From Rebecca billardiae RCC1528 (Eukaryota; Protista; Haptophyta): DNA of 64,000 nt. The notes below the pieces were generated by a model. It made no database searches. It was given only the letters and a program-made list of their open reading frames with translations, and was not told the origin of the DNA. The position numbers and the translations under genes are program-made. Every line of letters starts with the position of its first letter. Within the stretch, counting starts at the first letter, position 1. The stretch covers positions 620,001 to 684,000 of the forward strand of contig OZ251242.1 in the NCBI GenBank assembly GCA_965240325.2, written 5' to 3'. Shown here piece after piece: positions 40,848 through 51,463 of this stretch.

Positions 40848-43558
40848 ATGGCGGCCTTACGGCCGCCGTCGGCCGAGCAGTCGGGCAGGCCGGGGAGCGG
40901 CCTGAAACGCCCGCACGCGCTGTCGGTGGGCACGGGAGACAGCGACGCAGGCAGCAGTAGCGCCTCGCCAGCACCGTACGCGCCCGCCGCGCGCTCGGCG
41001 CACGCCACGCGCGAGCGCGTCTGGTCGTGGCTCGCTCGCTCACCTGCACGGACGCGTGCCGCCGGCCCCGTCCCTCCCCGCGCCCGGCCCGTCGCTCGCG
41101 CAGGCAGAGCGGCAAGTCGACGTTCGCGCCGAGCCTCTCGCCCAGCGCTGCCTCCACGTCCGACCCCACCAGCCGCCCCTCGCTCGGCGTGCACCCCGAC
41201 GACGTGCAGCTGCTCGAGATCATCGGGCGCGGCGCGTCGGGCCACGTGCGGCGCGCCGTGCACCTGCCGACGAGCTCGACGCTGGCGGTGAAGGAGATCA
41301 TCATCGCGGAGCCGGCGCTCCGACAGCAGATGGAGAAGGAGCTGATGACGCTGCACGCCGCCGGCGGGCACGACGAGCTCACGCAGTGCTTTGGCGCGTG
41401 GTTCCAGGAGGGCACGATCTCAATCTGCATGGAGTACATGGACGGCGGCTCGCTCTCGGACCTGGTGCGCGCGATGGGCACGCTGGGCGAGCGCGAGATC
41501 GCGCACATCGCGCGCGAGGTGCTGCGCGGCCTCGCGCTGCTGCAGGACCTGCGCATGGTGCACCGCGACCTGAAGCCGCAGAACGTGCTGCTCAACCTGC
41601 GCGGCGACGTCAAGGTGGCCGACTTTGGCTGCGTCGCGCCGCTCGAGGACAGCGCGCAGCTGTGCGACACGTTCGTCGGGACGGTGACGTACATGTCGCC
41701 CGAGCGGATCCACGGCGGCGAGTACAGCTTCTCCGCCGACATCTGGTCCCTCGGCCTCATCCTCGTCGAGCTCGCGCTCGGCCGGTTCCCGTACGAGCAC
41801 GCGAACGGCTACTTTGCGATCCTGAGCGCGGTCGTGCAGGACCCGTCGCCCTCGCTGCCGGCCGAGCGCTTCTCGGCGGAGCTGGTGGAGCTGGTGGAGC
41901 TGTGCATGCGGAAGGAGCCGGCCATGCGGCCGAGCGCGCGCGAGCTCCTCTCGCACCCCTTCCTCCGCCTCGCCGAGGCGGACGACGGCTTCTCGATGCG
42001 CGAGTACCTCGCGCGCGCGTTTGCCACGCTGCCGGGCGCCGCCGACGCGACCGCGGCCGGCCGGATGCTGCAGCGGCGAGGCTCGTCGCGCGGCTCGCTC
42101 TTCGGGCCCGAGGCGAGCGAGGGCGGGCCCGACGCGTCGGCCGTGCACCTCGGCGAGGCGGCGCAGCTCGCCTTCGAGATGCGCGGCGTGCCCGAGGACG
42201 AGGAGCTGCTGCTCTCGGACGAGGACGAGCACCCGGCCACGCACCTCGGCGCGCTCGCGGCGCTCGGCAGCTCGGGCGCGCTCGCCGTGCCGCCGAGCGG
42301 CGCGGCGAGCCTGAGCGCGAGCTTCGGCAGCGGGAAGGGCGGCAGCGCGTGCGCGGCGGCGTCGGGCGCGGGCGCCGCCGCGGGCGCGCCCCCGCGCCCG
42401 AGGCGCACCTCCTCGCGCTCCGACGCCACGCTCGGCGCGACCGCGGAGACGGTTGTGCGCCGCGCGCGCCGCTCGCAGGGCTCCGAGTTCTCCGAGACGC
42501 TCGCCTTCGCCGCGACGGAGGAGATCCGGCGCTCGCGGCGGACGAGCGCGCTGACGAGCGAGGCGGGCGCGGTGCGCACGCGCGGGCGCGGCGGCGCGCT
42601 CCCCGGCGGCGCGCGCGTGCGCATGCAGACCTCCCGCCGCCAGCTCGAGCTCGAGCGAGAGGTGGAGGGCGCGCGCGCCGAGCTGCGCGCCAAGGCGCAG
42701 GCGCTGGCGGCGCTGACGGAGCAGCTGGTGGAGGCGAACGCGAGGGCGACGCGGCTGCAGCGCGCGGTGGAGAGCGGGGGCGGGAAGGGCGGCGAGGGGC
42801 CCGGCCTCGCGCCGGAGGAGACGGCGGGCACCGCCATCGCCTCCGCCATCGCGGGCCGCGCCGTCGCGCAGGCGATGGCCACCGCCATGGCCAACGCGCT
42901 GCCGGTCGCAGGCCGGCCGCCGAGCGTCGGCGGCTCGCGCGTCGCGCCGCCGTCCGACCAGGCGGTGCCCGCCGCGATCGACAGCGATCAGCTGCGCGCC
43001 ATGCACCCGGCGGACCTCGATGCGCTGCGCCGCGTGTGCGCCGCCAACCTCGAGGCGGTCGAGGTGGCGATCCGGGTGCGCGCGCCGCGCGGACGGAGCC
43101 GAAGCGCAGCGCGCCGCGCGCGCTCGGCCGCGCGCGCGCCGCGCGCCACGGCGCGTGCTCACGCGCACGCACGCGCCGCGCATCGCCGCGCCGCGCGCGC
43201 GCAGGAGAAGGGGCGGCGACCGGGCTCGTCGGCGGCGACCGGGTACATGTCCATGCGCACGCCCTCGCCGCTCTCGCTCGAGAGCCCCACCGCCATCCCC
43301 GCCGCGCACCGCGTGCGCTCGAGCTCGCACGCAGCCGTGCGGCCGAGCGATGCCGCAGCCTCGCGCACCGCGCCCGTCACGCCTCTGTCGTCGGCGAGGC
43401 GGCCGGCGAGCTCGGGGCTGGGGCGCGGGAAGCACGGGGCACGCTTCCCGTCGCTCGGCGCGGGCGCGCCGCTCCCCGCCCTCGCCCAGCGCAGGTCCAC
43501 GCCCCTGCCCGACGCGCAGGTCGCGGAGACCGCGGCGCCGGCCGCTGACGACGCAGAC

Positions 43559-43633
<75 letters not shown>

Positions 43634-44089
43634 GGGGAGAGTGCGGCGGCGGAGCCCGCCGCCGCCGAGCCGGAGGCGGCGCCGCCGGCGGCCGCGCCGC
43701 CCGCCGCGGAGGAGGAGCCGGCGAGCGAGCGCCGCCGCTCCGACGCCGCCTCGCCGCCGCCCCCGCGCTCCCGCCCCACGAGCGCCGCCGCCTCGAGGCG
43801 CCCGACCACGGCGGAGAGCTCTCGCCCGGGCCGCAAGCCGCCCAAGCCCAAGCCGAGATACGCCGAGGACACGTTCGCCTCGGGCTTCGGCCGGCGCGGC
43901 TCAAAGGAGCTCCCGGCGGGGGCGAGCATGCCGCTCTCGGCCACGACCACCTACAGCAGGCGCACCTCCAACGCCGCCGCGGGCCGTAACGGCGGCGGCG
44001 GCGGCGGCGGCGGCGTGGGGCCGGACCACCCGGCGGGGCCGCCGCAGCCGCCGACGATGATGCCGCCCGTGCAGGCGGCGGGCAACTAG
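40848..44089 (+). CDS. MAP kinase kinase (STE7/MKK) with long low-complexity C-terminus; introns ~40976-41103 and 43076-43204
   Basis: IGRGASG, AVKEI, EYMDGGSL, HRDLKPQN, DFG..DSAQLCDTFVGTVTYMSPER (S-x5-T activation loop), DIWSLG. Confidence 0.9.
43559..43630 (+). repeat. (GCG)n trinucleotide repeat encoding poly-Ala
   Basis: More than 20 GCG units inside the MAPKK tail. Confidence 0.9.
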
Positions 44090-44427
44090 CAGACTCTAGC
44101 ATGTCGGACGAGGGTAGTCCTCGGCGCGTCACCATATCATACTATACGCTGTCGTACTGCTATATCATCATGCAGTTCCAGCAGCATGTGCGTGGCACCG
44201 CTACTATCGTCAGCAGAGCCATCGTCATAGTCGGGCCATCATCAAGCGGATGCTCCATTGCTCGGGCCCGGGAGGCGGGATGGGCCGCATGCTGGCGGCG
44301 CGCATGCGCTGATGAGTCTTACAACTGCTGCTCGAGCGCACTGCTCCGCGCGGCGCACAACCTCGTCCGCGCCAGCGCGCGCGTCTCGGCCGCAACCGCA
44401 TCGGCACACGCTGCCGCTGTGGCGGCG

Positions 44428-45276
44428 CTACCCGTCGGCAAACGCCAGCACTCGGCGCACCGTGAGGGACACGCGCCGCCCGCGCCTGAAGACGGTGCCA
44501 GCTGGCCAGCCCGCCACCGCCGCGTTGGCGGTGGACGGGTGCACGGTGTCCTCCTCACGCTCGGCGATGCCGTGGTGGTAGCGCTCGTACGCGTCGCCGC
44601 GGAACACCACGAGCGAGCGCGGCTCGCACAGCACCGAGAGCGGCGGGCTCGCCGGCGAGTCGCGCGCGCGCGCCGCCTGCTCCGCGCTCTGCCAAAAGTC
44701 GAGGGCGGCGGGCCCGCCCAGCGAGAGGATCGCGACAGTGGGCGCGTACGCTGGGCCGTCGCGGTGGGGCATGAGGCCCTCGCCCACGCGGTACTCGTTC
44801 ACGAGCACGTGGTTCGGCGGCGCCGACGCGGGGAAGACGCCCGCCTCGACGAGCGTGGCGCACACCGCCGTGCAGAACTCGGGCAGCGGCGCGCGCTCGA
44901 ACAGGCCGCCGTCGTCGCCACGCGGGCTCCCGCCGAGCTGCATCAGCCGGCGGCGGCGCAGCTGCACCCACTCCCAGCCGGGGTGGCTCAGCATCGCGAG
45001 GAGCGCGCTCTCCTCCGCCACGTCCAGGAACTCCCGCGCGTAGAAGACGTCGCGTGGCTCGTGCGAGCCGACGCGCGTCGCCTCGAGCGCAAGCGGCGCG
45101 CGCGTCGCGAGCGCGAGGCGCGGAAGGGTCGGGGCGGTGGGCGAGGAGACCGCTGTGGTCTCCATGGCCGTGCCGCCTGCAGGTGCGGGCTCGGGCTCCG
45201 GGCGGTCGCCGTCGCCCGCGTCCTCAGCCGCGCGCAGCCGGGCGCGCTCCTCACGCATCAGCGCGGCGAAATCCAT
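44428..45276 (-). CDS. ALKBH6: ALKBH6-like 2OG-Fe(II) dioxygenase
   Basis: WVQLRRRRL, PNHVLVNEY..GLMPHRDGPAY.P.VAILSLG, EPRSLVVF, HGI, RVSLTVR. Confidence 0.85.
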   Translation of the reverse strand: MDFAALMREERARLRAAEDAGDGDRPEPEPAPAGGTAMETTAVSSPTAPTLPRLALATRAPLALEATRVGSHEPRDVFYAREFLDVAEESALLAMLSHPGWEWVQLRRRRLMQLGGSPRGDDGGLFERAPLPEFCTAVCATLVEAGVFPASAPPNHVLVNEYRVGEGLMPHRDGPAYAPTVAILSLGGPAALDFWQSAEQAARARDSPASPPLSVLCEPRSLVVFRGDAYERYHHGIAEREEDTVHPSTANAAVAGWPAGTVFRRGRRVSLTVRRVLAFADG

Positions 45277-46138
45277 GGCGGCCGGACGTGGTGAGCCAGC
45301 GAGCGGGCCGCTCGCGCCTCGCGGCTCGTCAAGCAAGGCAAGGCACCCGCGTCGTCAGCCGGGCGTGAAGTGCAGGGGGAATCTCGAGAGCTGCCGGGGC
45401 TAGCGGGTGCTCCACGCGCGCCCGTGTTGGCGGCCAGCCCGAGCGTACCGACACGCGCGAGAGGAGAGGCGAGCCACGAGAGGTGGTGCAGGCTACACGT
45501 TGGCGCGACAAGCGATGGAGGCGCAGAGCACCAGGCGGCCGCGGCGCATGAGCGCCGGGCTGATGCGGCCCCGGGTCCGAGGCGAGCGCGGGCGTGCGCG
45601 GCGCCGGGCTGGCTCGGCTCGCCCAGAGAGCCGGCGTACGCGCAGCATCTCTTGATGGCTGCACCCGGTGCGCAAGCTGGACGTGCGCGGTGGGCATGTC
45701 GAGCGCAAGATGCGAGCTCCGCCCGGAGCGGCGGGAGCAGAGCCGCCATCGATGGGGCAGTCAGGCGTGTGGTGCGCTTCATTTAGCGCGAAAATAATCT
45801 CGATACGATGTCGTAGCTGGCCACAGGTTTCAGGAATCTGCGAGATGGATTCAAGAATCTCCGCCCGCGGGCGAATAGTCGAGGCTCGGACGATCGACTA
45901 CGCTCGTACTTTCCACCAGCAATGCGGTTCGCCCGGCCGCCGCGAGTGGAGCGCGGTGAGATCCCGCTCATCAACGACGCGAATCCCTGCCCCGTACTCA
46001 TCGATGGCAGTTCGCGCGCCCCAGTAGCACAATCGTGAAGGCGTGTGGCATCTTCGATCTCGCTCTTCGATCTCGCGCGCGGCAGATCTCATTGCGCTGC
46101 GAGAAGCCTCGGCTGCACACGGAGCGTGCGCCAGGCCA

Positions 46139-48087
46139 ATGGACGGTGGTCAGCCTGCCGAGCACACGTTCGTCGATGCGGGGATCCGCGAGGTCCTCCT
46201 CGACGGCCGCCGCTTCGAGGTCGACCTCTCGCCCGTGGGGTGCGCGCGCGCGCGCGCATGCCGGCGCGCGTGCCAGGGGCGGCCGCATCCATGGTCGCCA
46301 CCCTGGCTGATCTGGCTGCGCGACCGGGCGCCGCGCGCGCGCAGGCTGCTTGGCAAGGGGTTCCAGGGAGAGGTCCGCGCCGCGCGGGAGGTGCAGACCG
46401 GCGAGGTCGTCGCCGCCAAGCTGATGAAGCTGGACCAGCGCGCGCGCACAGAGGTGGGCGCACGGGCGGCGATGCGCGCGCGCGCGCGCTGTGGCGTGTG
46501 GCGTGCACTGGCCGTGGTGCGGGTGTGGTGGCGCGCCGGCTGGACGGGCCCCGCGTGCAAGTGGCACAACTGGCGGGCGCTCACCGCCGCGCCGAGCCGC
46601 CCCCCGCCCGAACCCCGCGCCCGCTCTCCGCGGCGCCGCATGCGCGCGCTCCCGCTCTCGCTCGGTGCGCGCGCGCAGGCGATTGCGCTCGAGCGCGCGC
46701 AGCACCCGTTCGTGGTCGGGCTGCACGGGCTGTGGCACACGCCGGACCTGCTGTACTGCGTGCTGGTGACCGAGCTGTGCGGGCAGGGCGAGCTCTTCGA
46801 CGCGATCATCGAGCACGAGGCCGGGCTGCCGCACGAGATGGCGCGCGACTTCTTTGCCAAGATCACGTGTGCACTCGCGCACCTGCACGCGCACCGCGTG
46901 GCGCACCGCGACCTGAAGGCGGAGAACGTGCTGCTCGACGAGGCGGGGAACCCGAAGCTGATCGACCTCGGCCTCGCCTTCGTCGCCGACGCCGCCGCGC
47001 CGACGGGCGACGACGCGGGCGCCTCTGCCGCGCGCTCGTGCCTCGCGCGCACCAAGGTGGGCTCGATGATGTACGCGGCGCCCGAGGTGGTGGCGCCCGA
47101 GTGCGAGGACGAGGAGTACGACCCGTTCGCCGCGGACGCGTGGTCGCTGGGCGTGCTGCTGTACTGCATGCTCCAGGGCCTCTTCCCCTTCCGCATCGCC
47201 GCCCCCGAGCTCTGCCCCGCGTTCGCCCTCTTCCGCGAGCGCGGCACGCTGCCGTGGCGGGCGCCCTTCCCGCCGCCCGACGCGGAGGCGCTGCTCAAGC
47301 GGCTGCTGCAGCTGCGCGCGGCGGACCGCACGGCGCCGGGGGACGTGCTGAGCGGCGCGTGGCTCAAGCCCTCGCTCGCCGAGCTGCAGGGCCTCTCGCT
47401 CTACCCCACCGCGCCCGACGACGAGCACGCGCCGTGGGGCGGCCGCGGCCCGCTCGTCAGCGCACGCAAGCGCAAGGAGCGAGACCCGCCGCACGGAGAC
47501 GGCGCGGGAGAGGCGGCCGCGGGGGATGGGGCGGCGGCGGGGGCGGCGGTGGCGGCGGCGGTGGAGGCGGCCGCCGCCGCGGCCGCCGCGGCCGAGGCCG
47601 CGGAGGTCGCGGCCGTCGCGGCGACGGCGGCGCCCGCGCCCGCGCCCGCGGCGCCGCACGCGTGGGCGGGCCTCGAGATCAGCATGGCTGCCAGCGTGCC
47701 CGGCAGCGTGCCCGCGCTCTCGGCGCGCGCGCTGAGCCCGCCGAGCGCCGCGGCGGCGGTGGGCTGCGGGGGCGAGCCGTCGGCCAAGCGCTCACGCGTC
47801 GACGGCGGTGGCTCTGGCAGCCGCGCCGCCCTCAGCGGCTTTGGGCAGCGCGCGCCCGCCGCGGCGGCGAGCGCGGGCGGCCCGCCGAGCGCCGCGCCGC
47901 CGCCGCCGCCGCCGCCGCCGCAGCACGTGGCGCCGGCGAGCGAGTGGGGCGCGGTGGACACGGCGCAGCCGGCGGCGCTGCCGCGCGGCCGACCGCCCGT
48001 GCTGCCCGCGGTCGCTTCGACCGAGCCGACGCGCGCGCGCTCGTGCGACTCCGTCGCGGCGCTGCGGCACGGCGCGAGCGGTGCGCT

Positions 48088-48121
<34 letters not shown>

Positions 48122-48564
48122 AGCGCTGCGCACGCGGCAGTGCTCCGAGTGGAGGCGTGTGCGCAGACAGAGGCGCTGCTGGGGGCGGGGGCGGAGGAGG
48201 AGGAGGAGCGCGGCGCGGGGCGCGCGAAGGGCGCAGGCGCGGGCGCGCCGGCGGCGCTGGGCGAGGCGGAGGCCGACGCGAGCGCGCCGCGCGCGCCGCA
48301 TGAGCCGCGCGACCGCGCGGACGACGGCGCGGGCGGCAGCGCGGAGGGCGGCGGCGGCAGAGCCAACGGCGGCGGTGGCGGCGGCGGCGGCGAGGGCGGT
48401 GGCTGCGGCGGCGGCGGCGGCAGGGGTGACGAGCACGCCGACGCCGGCGGCGATGGCGACGGTAAGGGCGCCGCCGCGGGTGGCGGCGGCGGCGGCGGTG
48501 GCGGCGGCGGCTCGACGGACGGCGCCGCGCCGCCGCCGGGCGGGCCGGATGATGCATCCGCCAC

Positions 48565-48625
<61 letters not shown>

Positions 48626-49942
48626 AGGGGCGAGCTGCGGCCGGGCGCGAGCGCGCAGCACTCGCAGCTGGTGCAGCGCATCGCCGCGTGGATGATGTCG
48701 CACTGCGACCCGGGCCGCGACTCGATCGTCCTCACCGACGCGCAGGGCAGCAGGCTGGGCGGCGGCGCGAGCAAGCACTCGATCGTGGCCGTCACGCCAG
48801 CGTGGACGAGCCTGTGCGGCTACTCGAGCGCAGAGGCGGTGGGGCGGTCGCCGTCGATCACGCAGGGGACGGCGACCGACCCGGCGTGCGTGGCGGGCAT
48901 GCGCGAGGCCATCGAGTCCGGCCGCGCGTGCAAGGTCTCCGTCGTCAACTACCGCAAGGGCGGGCACGCGTTCATCAACAACCTGACGCTCTGTCCAATC
49001 AGGTGGCGCGGCGAGGTGATCATGTACACGGGGCTACTCAAGGATTACTCCGCGCCGCTGCAGAGGCTGGTGACGCTGCGCCCGTCGCAGTTCTTCAAGA
49101 TGACGACGCAGTACGACAGCGCGCGCAAGCTGATCGCGCGGCCGCCCGCCACGCCCCTCGCGCTGGACGTGGACGACGAGACGCAGGTGCGGAGCGTGTG
49201 CGTGCGCGCACTGCGGTGCCGTGCTGCTGCTGTGAGCGGCGAGCGGTGCACGCGCGCGCGCTGTGCGGCCCGCCCACCACACCGCCCGCCCCTCCCCTCC
49301 CCCACTGCAGGTGGGCGAGGACGTCGTGACGGACGCGGTGTGGGAGGCGTCGGTCGTGCAGCTGCACGTGAAGCGCCTCTCCCTCGCGCTCAAGGAGCGG
49401 GAGCCCGAGTACCTCTCGCTCTGGCTGCAGGTAGGGGCAAGGGTGGGCGCGTGGGCGCGGGCGTGGTGGGCGTGGGCGCGGGCGTGGGCGTGGACGTGTG
49501 TGTGCAGGCGTGTGTGTGCAGGCGTGTGTGTGCAGGTGTGTGTGAGGGAGGGAGGGAGGGTTGGGGGCGGGCGCGAGCATGCGCGCGGCTTGGATGTGCA
49601 CCGCCGCGCCCGCGCGACACGGCGCGAGCGCGTGCGCGCCCACGCGTAGCCCACTCTGCGCGCGCGCCTGCCTGCCTGCGCCGTGCGGCGTTGCGCTGCT
49701 CGCGCGCGCAGGACGCGTTCGCCACGCTGCGCGTGTCGTACACGGAGAGCGTGACCGAGTGGGGCGGGCGCGAGGTGAACTCCGTCGTGTGCATGCAGGG
49801 CGACCTCGTGTGCCGCGGCCTCGTCCTCCCCGTCGCGGGCGAGCCGGGCACGCACCGGATCGTGTTTGAGCGGCTGCGCGGGGACCCCCTCGCCTACCAC
49901 CAGCTCTTCCGCAAGGTGTCCAAGCACATGCAGGAGTGCTGA
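46139..49942 (+). CDS. CAMK/SNF1-like Ser/Thr kinase with PAS/LOV-like domain and KA1-like C-terminus; introns 46240-46344, 46454-46678, 49187-49310, 49431-49711
   Basis: LGKGFQG, AAK, HRDLKAEN, DLG, GSMMYAAPE, DAWSLG; PAS LCGYSSAEAVGRSPSITQG..VVNYRKGGHAFINNLTLCPI; tail HRIVFERLRGDPLAYHQLF. Confidence 0.85.
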
Positions 49943-50150
49943 GTGTCAGTAGCAGTGCATAACGCTAGGCCTATATATATAGTGCGCCGCGGATGACAGT
50001 ACGGTCGTACCGTGCTGCCCCGTGCCCGGGTAGCGGGCACCGGCGCCTGACGCGCCGGCCTACCGGCCCAGCCGTCACTCACGACTGCCGGCGGGGGCGG
50101 CGGCGGCGCCGACTGGCAGAGCGCATTGCCCGCCTCGCTGGCGAGTGGCC

Positions 50151-51296
50151 TCAGAGCCCCTCGGCCGTCACAACGTGCGGCACGTCGAGCCCCGCCTTGG
50201 CCAGCTCGCGCCCCACCGCCACGCCGAGCGTCGACGCGAGCCGCAGCGCGCGCTCGGGCTCGGAGCTGCGCAGGCACTTTCCGAGAAGTTTCGCCTTCTC
50301 CGTCTGCACCTCCTGCCCCAGCCCGACGAGCACCAGGTTGACGTCCGCCCAGACGTCGCGCGGCATCCACGCCTCGAGCGCGGCGCGCGTCTTCTCGGGC
50401 GTGCGCGTCGGCTCGGGGCCCGTCCAGCCCAGCTGGTTGGCGATGCGGTGCACGTGCGTGTCCACCGAGATGCCGACGCACTGGCCGAACGCGACGTTGA
50501 AGAGGATGATCGCCATCTTGGGGCCGACGCCGGGCAGCGCGAGGACGTCGTCCATCGAGCGGGGGACGCGGCCGGCGTGGGCGTCGGCGATGATGCGCGT
50601 GGCCTCCTTGATGTACCGCACCTTGTTGTTGTGGAAGCCCACGCCGTAGATGAGCTCGCGCAGCGCGTCGTCGGGCGTGGCGAGGATGGAAGGAACGCTG
50701 AGGCCGTGCTGCCGCAGCCGGCGCATCACCATCGCGTTCACCGTGTCCTTGGTCTGCGAGGAGAGCATCAGCGAGATGAGCGTGTGGTACGCGCGCTCCT
50801 CCGGCTCCGCCACCGCCGCCGCGCACTCCGCGCCCATCGTGTCCACCACCGCCGTCCGGTCGGCGCGCAGCTGTACGATCAGCTCCCACGTGGCCCTCCA
50901 CCCGGCGGGCGGCTCGAGCGACGGCGGGCTGGCGGCGCGCTTGCGCGGCGTGGGCGGGCCCGGCGCGTCGGTGTCGGCAGATGGCGACGCGCGCTTGGCG
51001 CCCGAGCGCTTGACGCCCTTCTCGCGCGCCCCGCCCTTGCGCGCGCGCGCCGCGCGCGGCGTGCTCGCGCCTTCGCCCGCCGCCGCCGCCGCCGCCGCCG
51101 CCGCTCCTCCGCCGCCGGCCGTGTGCGCGAACTGCTCGAAGCCGACCGCGTCGGCGGGGGGGACGCTCGGCTCCGTCAGCCGCGCCGCGGCGCGGCGCGT
51201 CGAGCTCGCCATACGCACAACCACCGCGGGCGCCGGCCGCAGAGTGAGCGCCGTCGCGGACGTCGCGAGCGCGAAGATGCGTGCGACGCGGAGCAT
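50151..51296 (-). CDS. NTH1: Endonuclease III (HhH-GPD DNA glycosylase/AP lyase), probably organelle-targeted
   Basis: LMLSSQTKD, LPGVGPKMA (HhH lysine), VDTHVHRI, TPEKTR; signal-like N-terminus MLRVARIFALATSATA. Confidence 0.9.
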   Translation of the reverse strand: MLRVARIFALATSATALTLRPAPAVVVRMASSTRRAAARLTEPSVPPADAVGFEQFAHTAGGGGAAAAAAAAAGEGASTPRAARARKGGAREKGVKRSGAKRASPSADTDAPGPPTPRKRAASPPSLEPPAGWRATWELIVQLRADRTAVVDTMGAECAAAVAEPEERAYHTLISLMLSSQTKDTVNAMVMRRLRQHGLSVPSILATPDDALRELIYGVGFHNNKVRYIKEATRIIADAHAGRVPRSMDDVLALPGVGPKMAIILFNVAFGQCVGISVDTHVHRIANQLGWTGPEPTRTPEKTRAALEAWMPRDVWADVNLVLVGLGQEVQTEKAKLLGKCLRSSEPERALRLASTLGVAVGRELAKAGLDVPHVVTAEGL

Positions 51297-51463
51297 GCGC
51301 TGGGCGCGCGCGACACTCGACAGGCTCTCGAGTGGCAAGCCGCTCGAGCTGGCACGATGGCGGCGAACTTCACCCGAGCGGCCGTTGCCCCAAGCTTGCC
51401 AGCCCTTGGTTGGCCGTCCGCGTCGAGCGCTTTTCTGGCAGTCAAACGACCGCGCTGACGACG

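Noticed and set aside
45258-46092. Small ORFs between ALKBH6 and the kinase
   Set aside because: No recognisable motifs or convincing exon structure.
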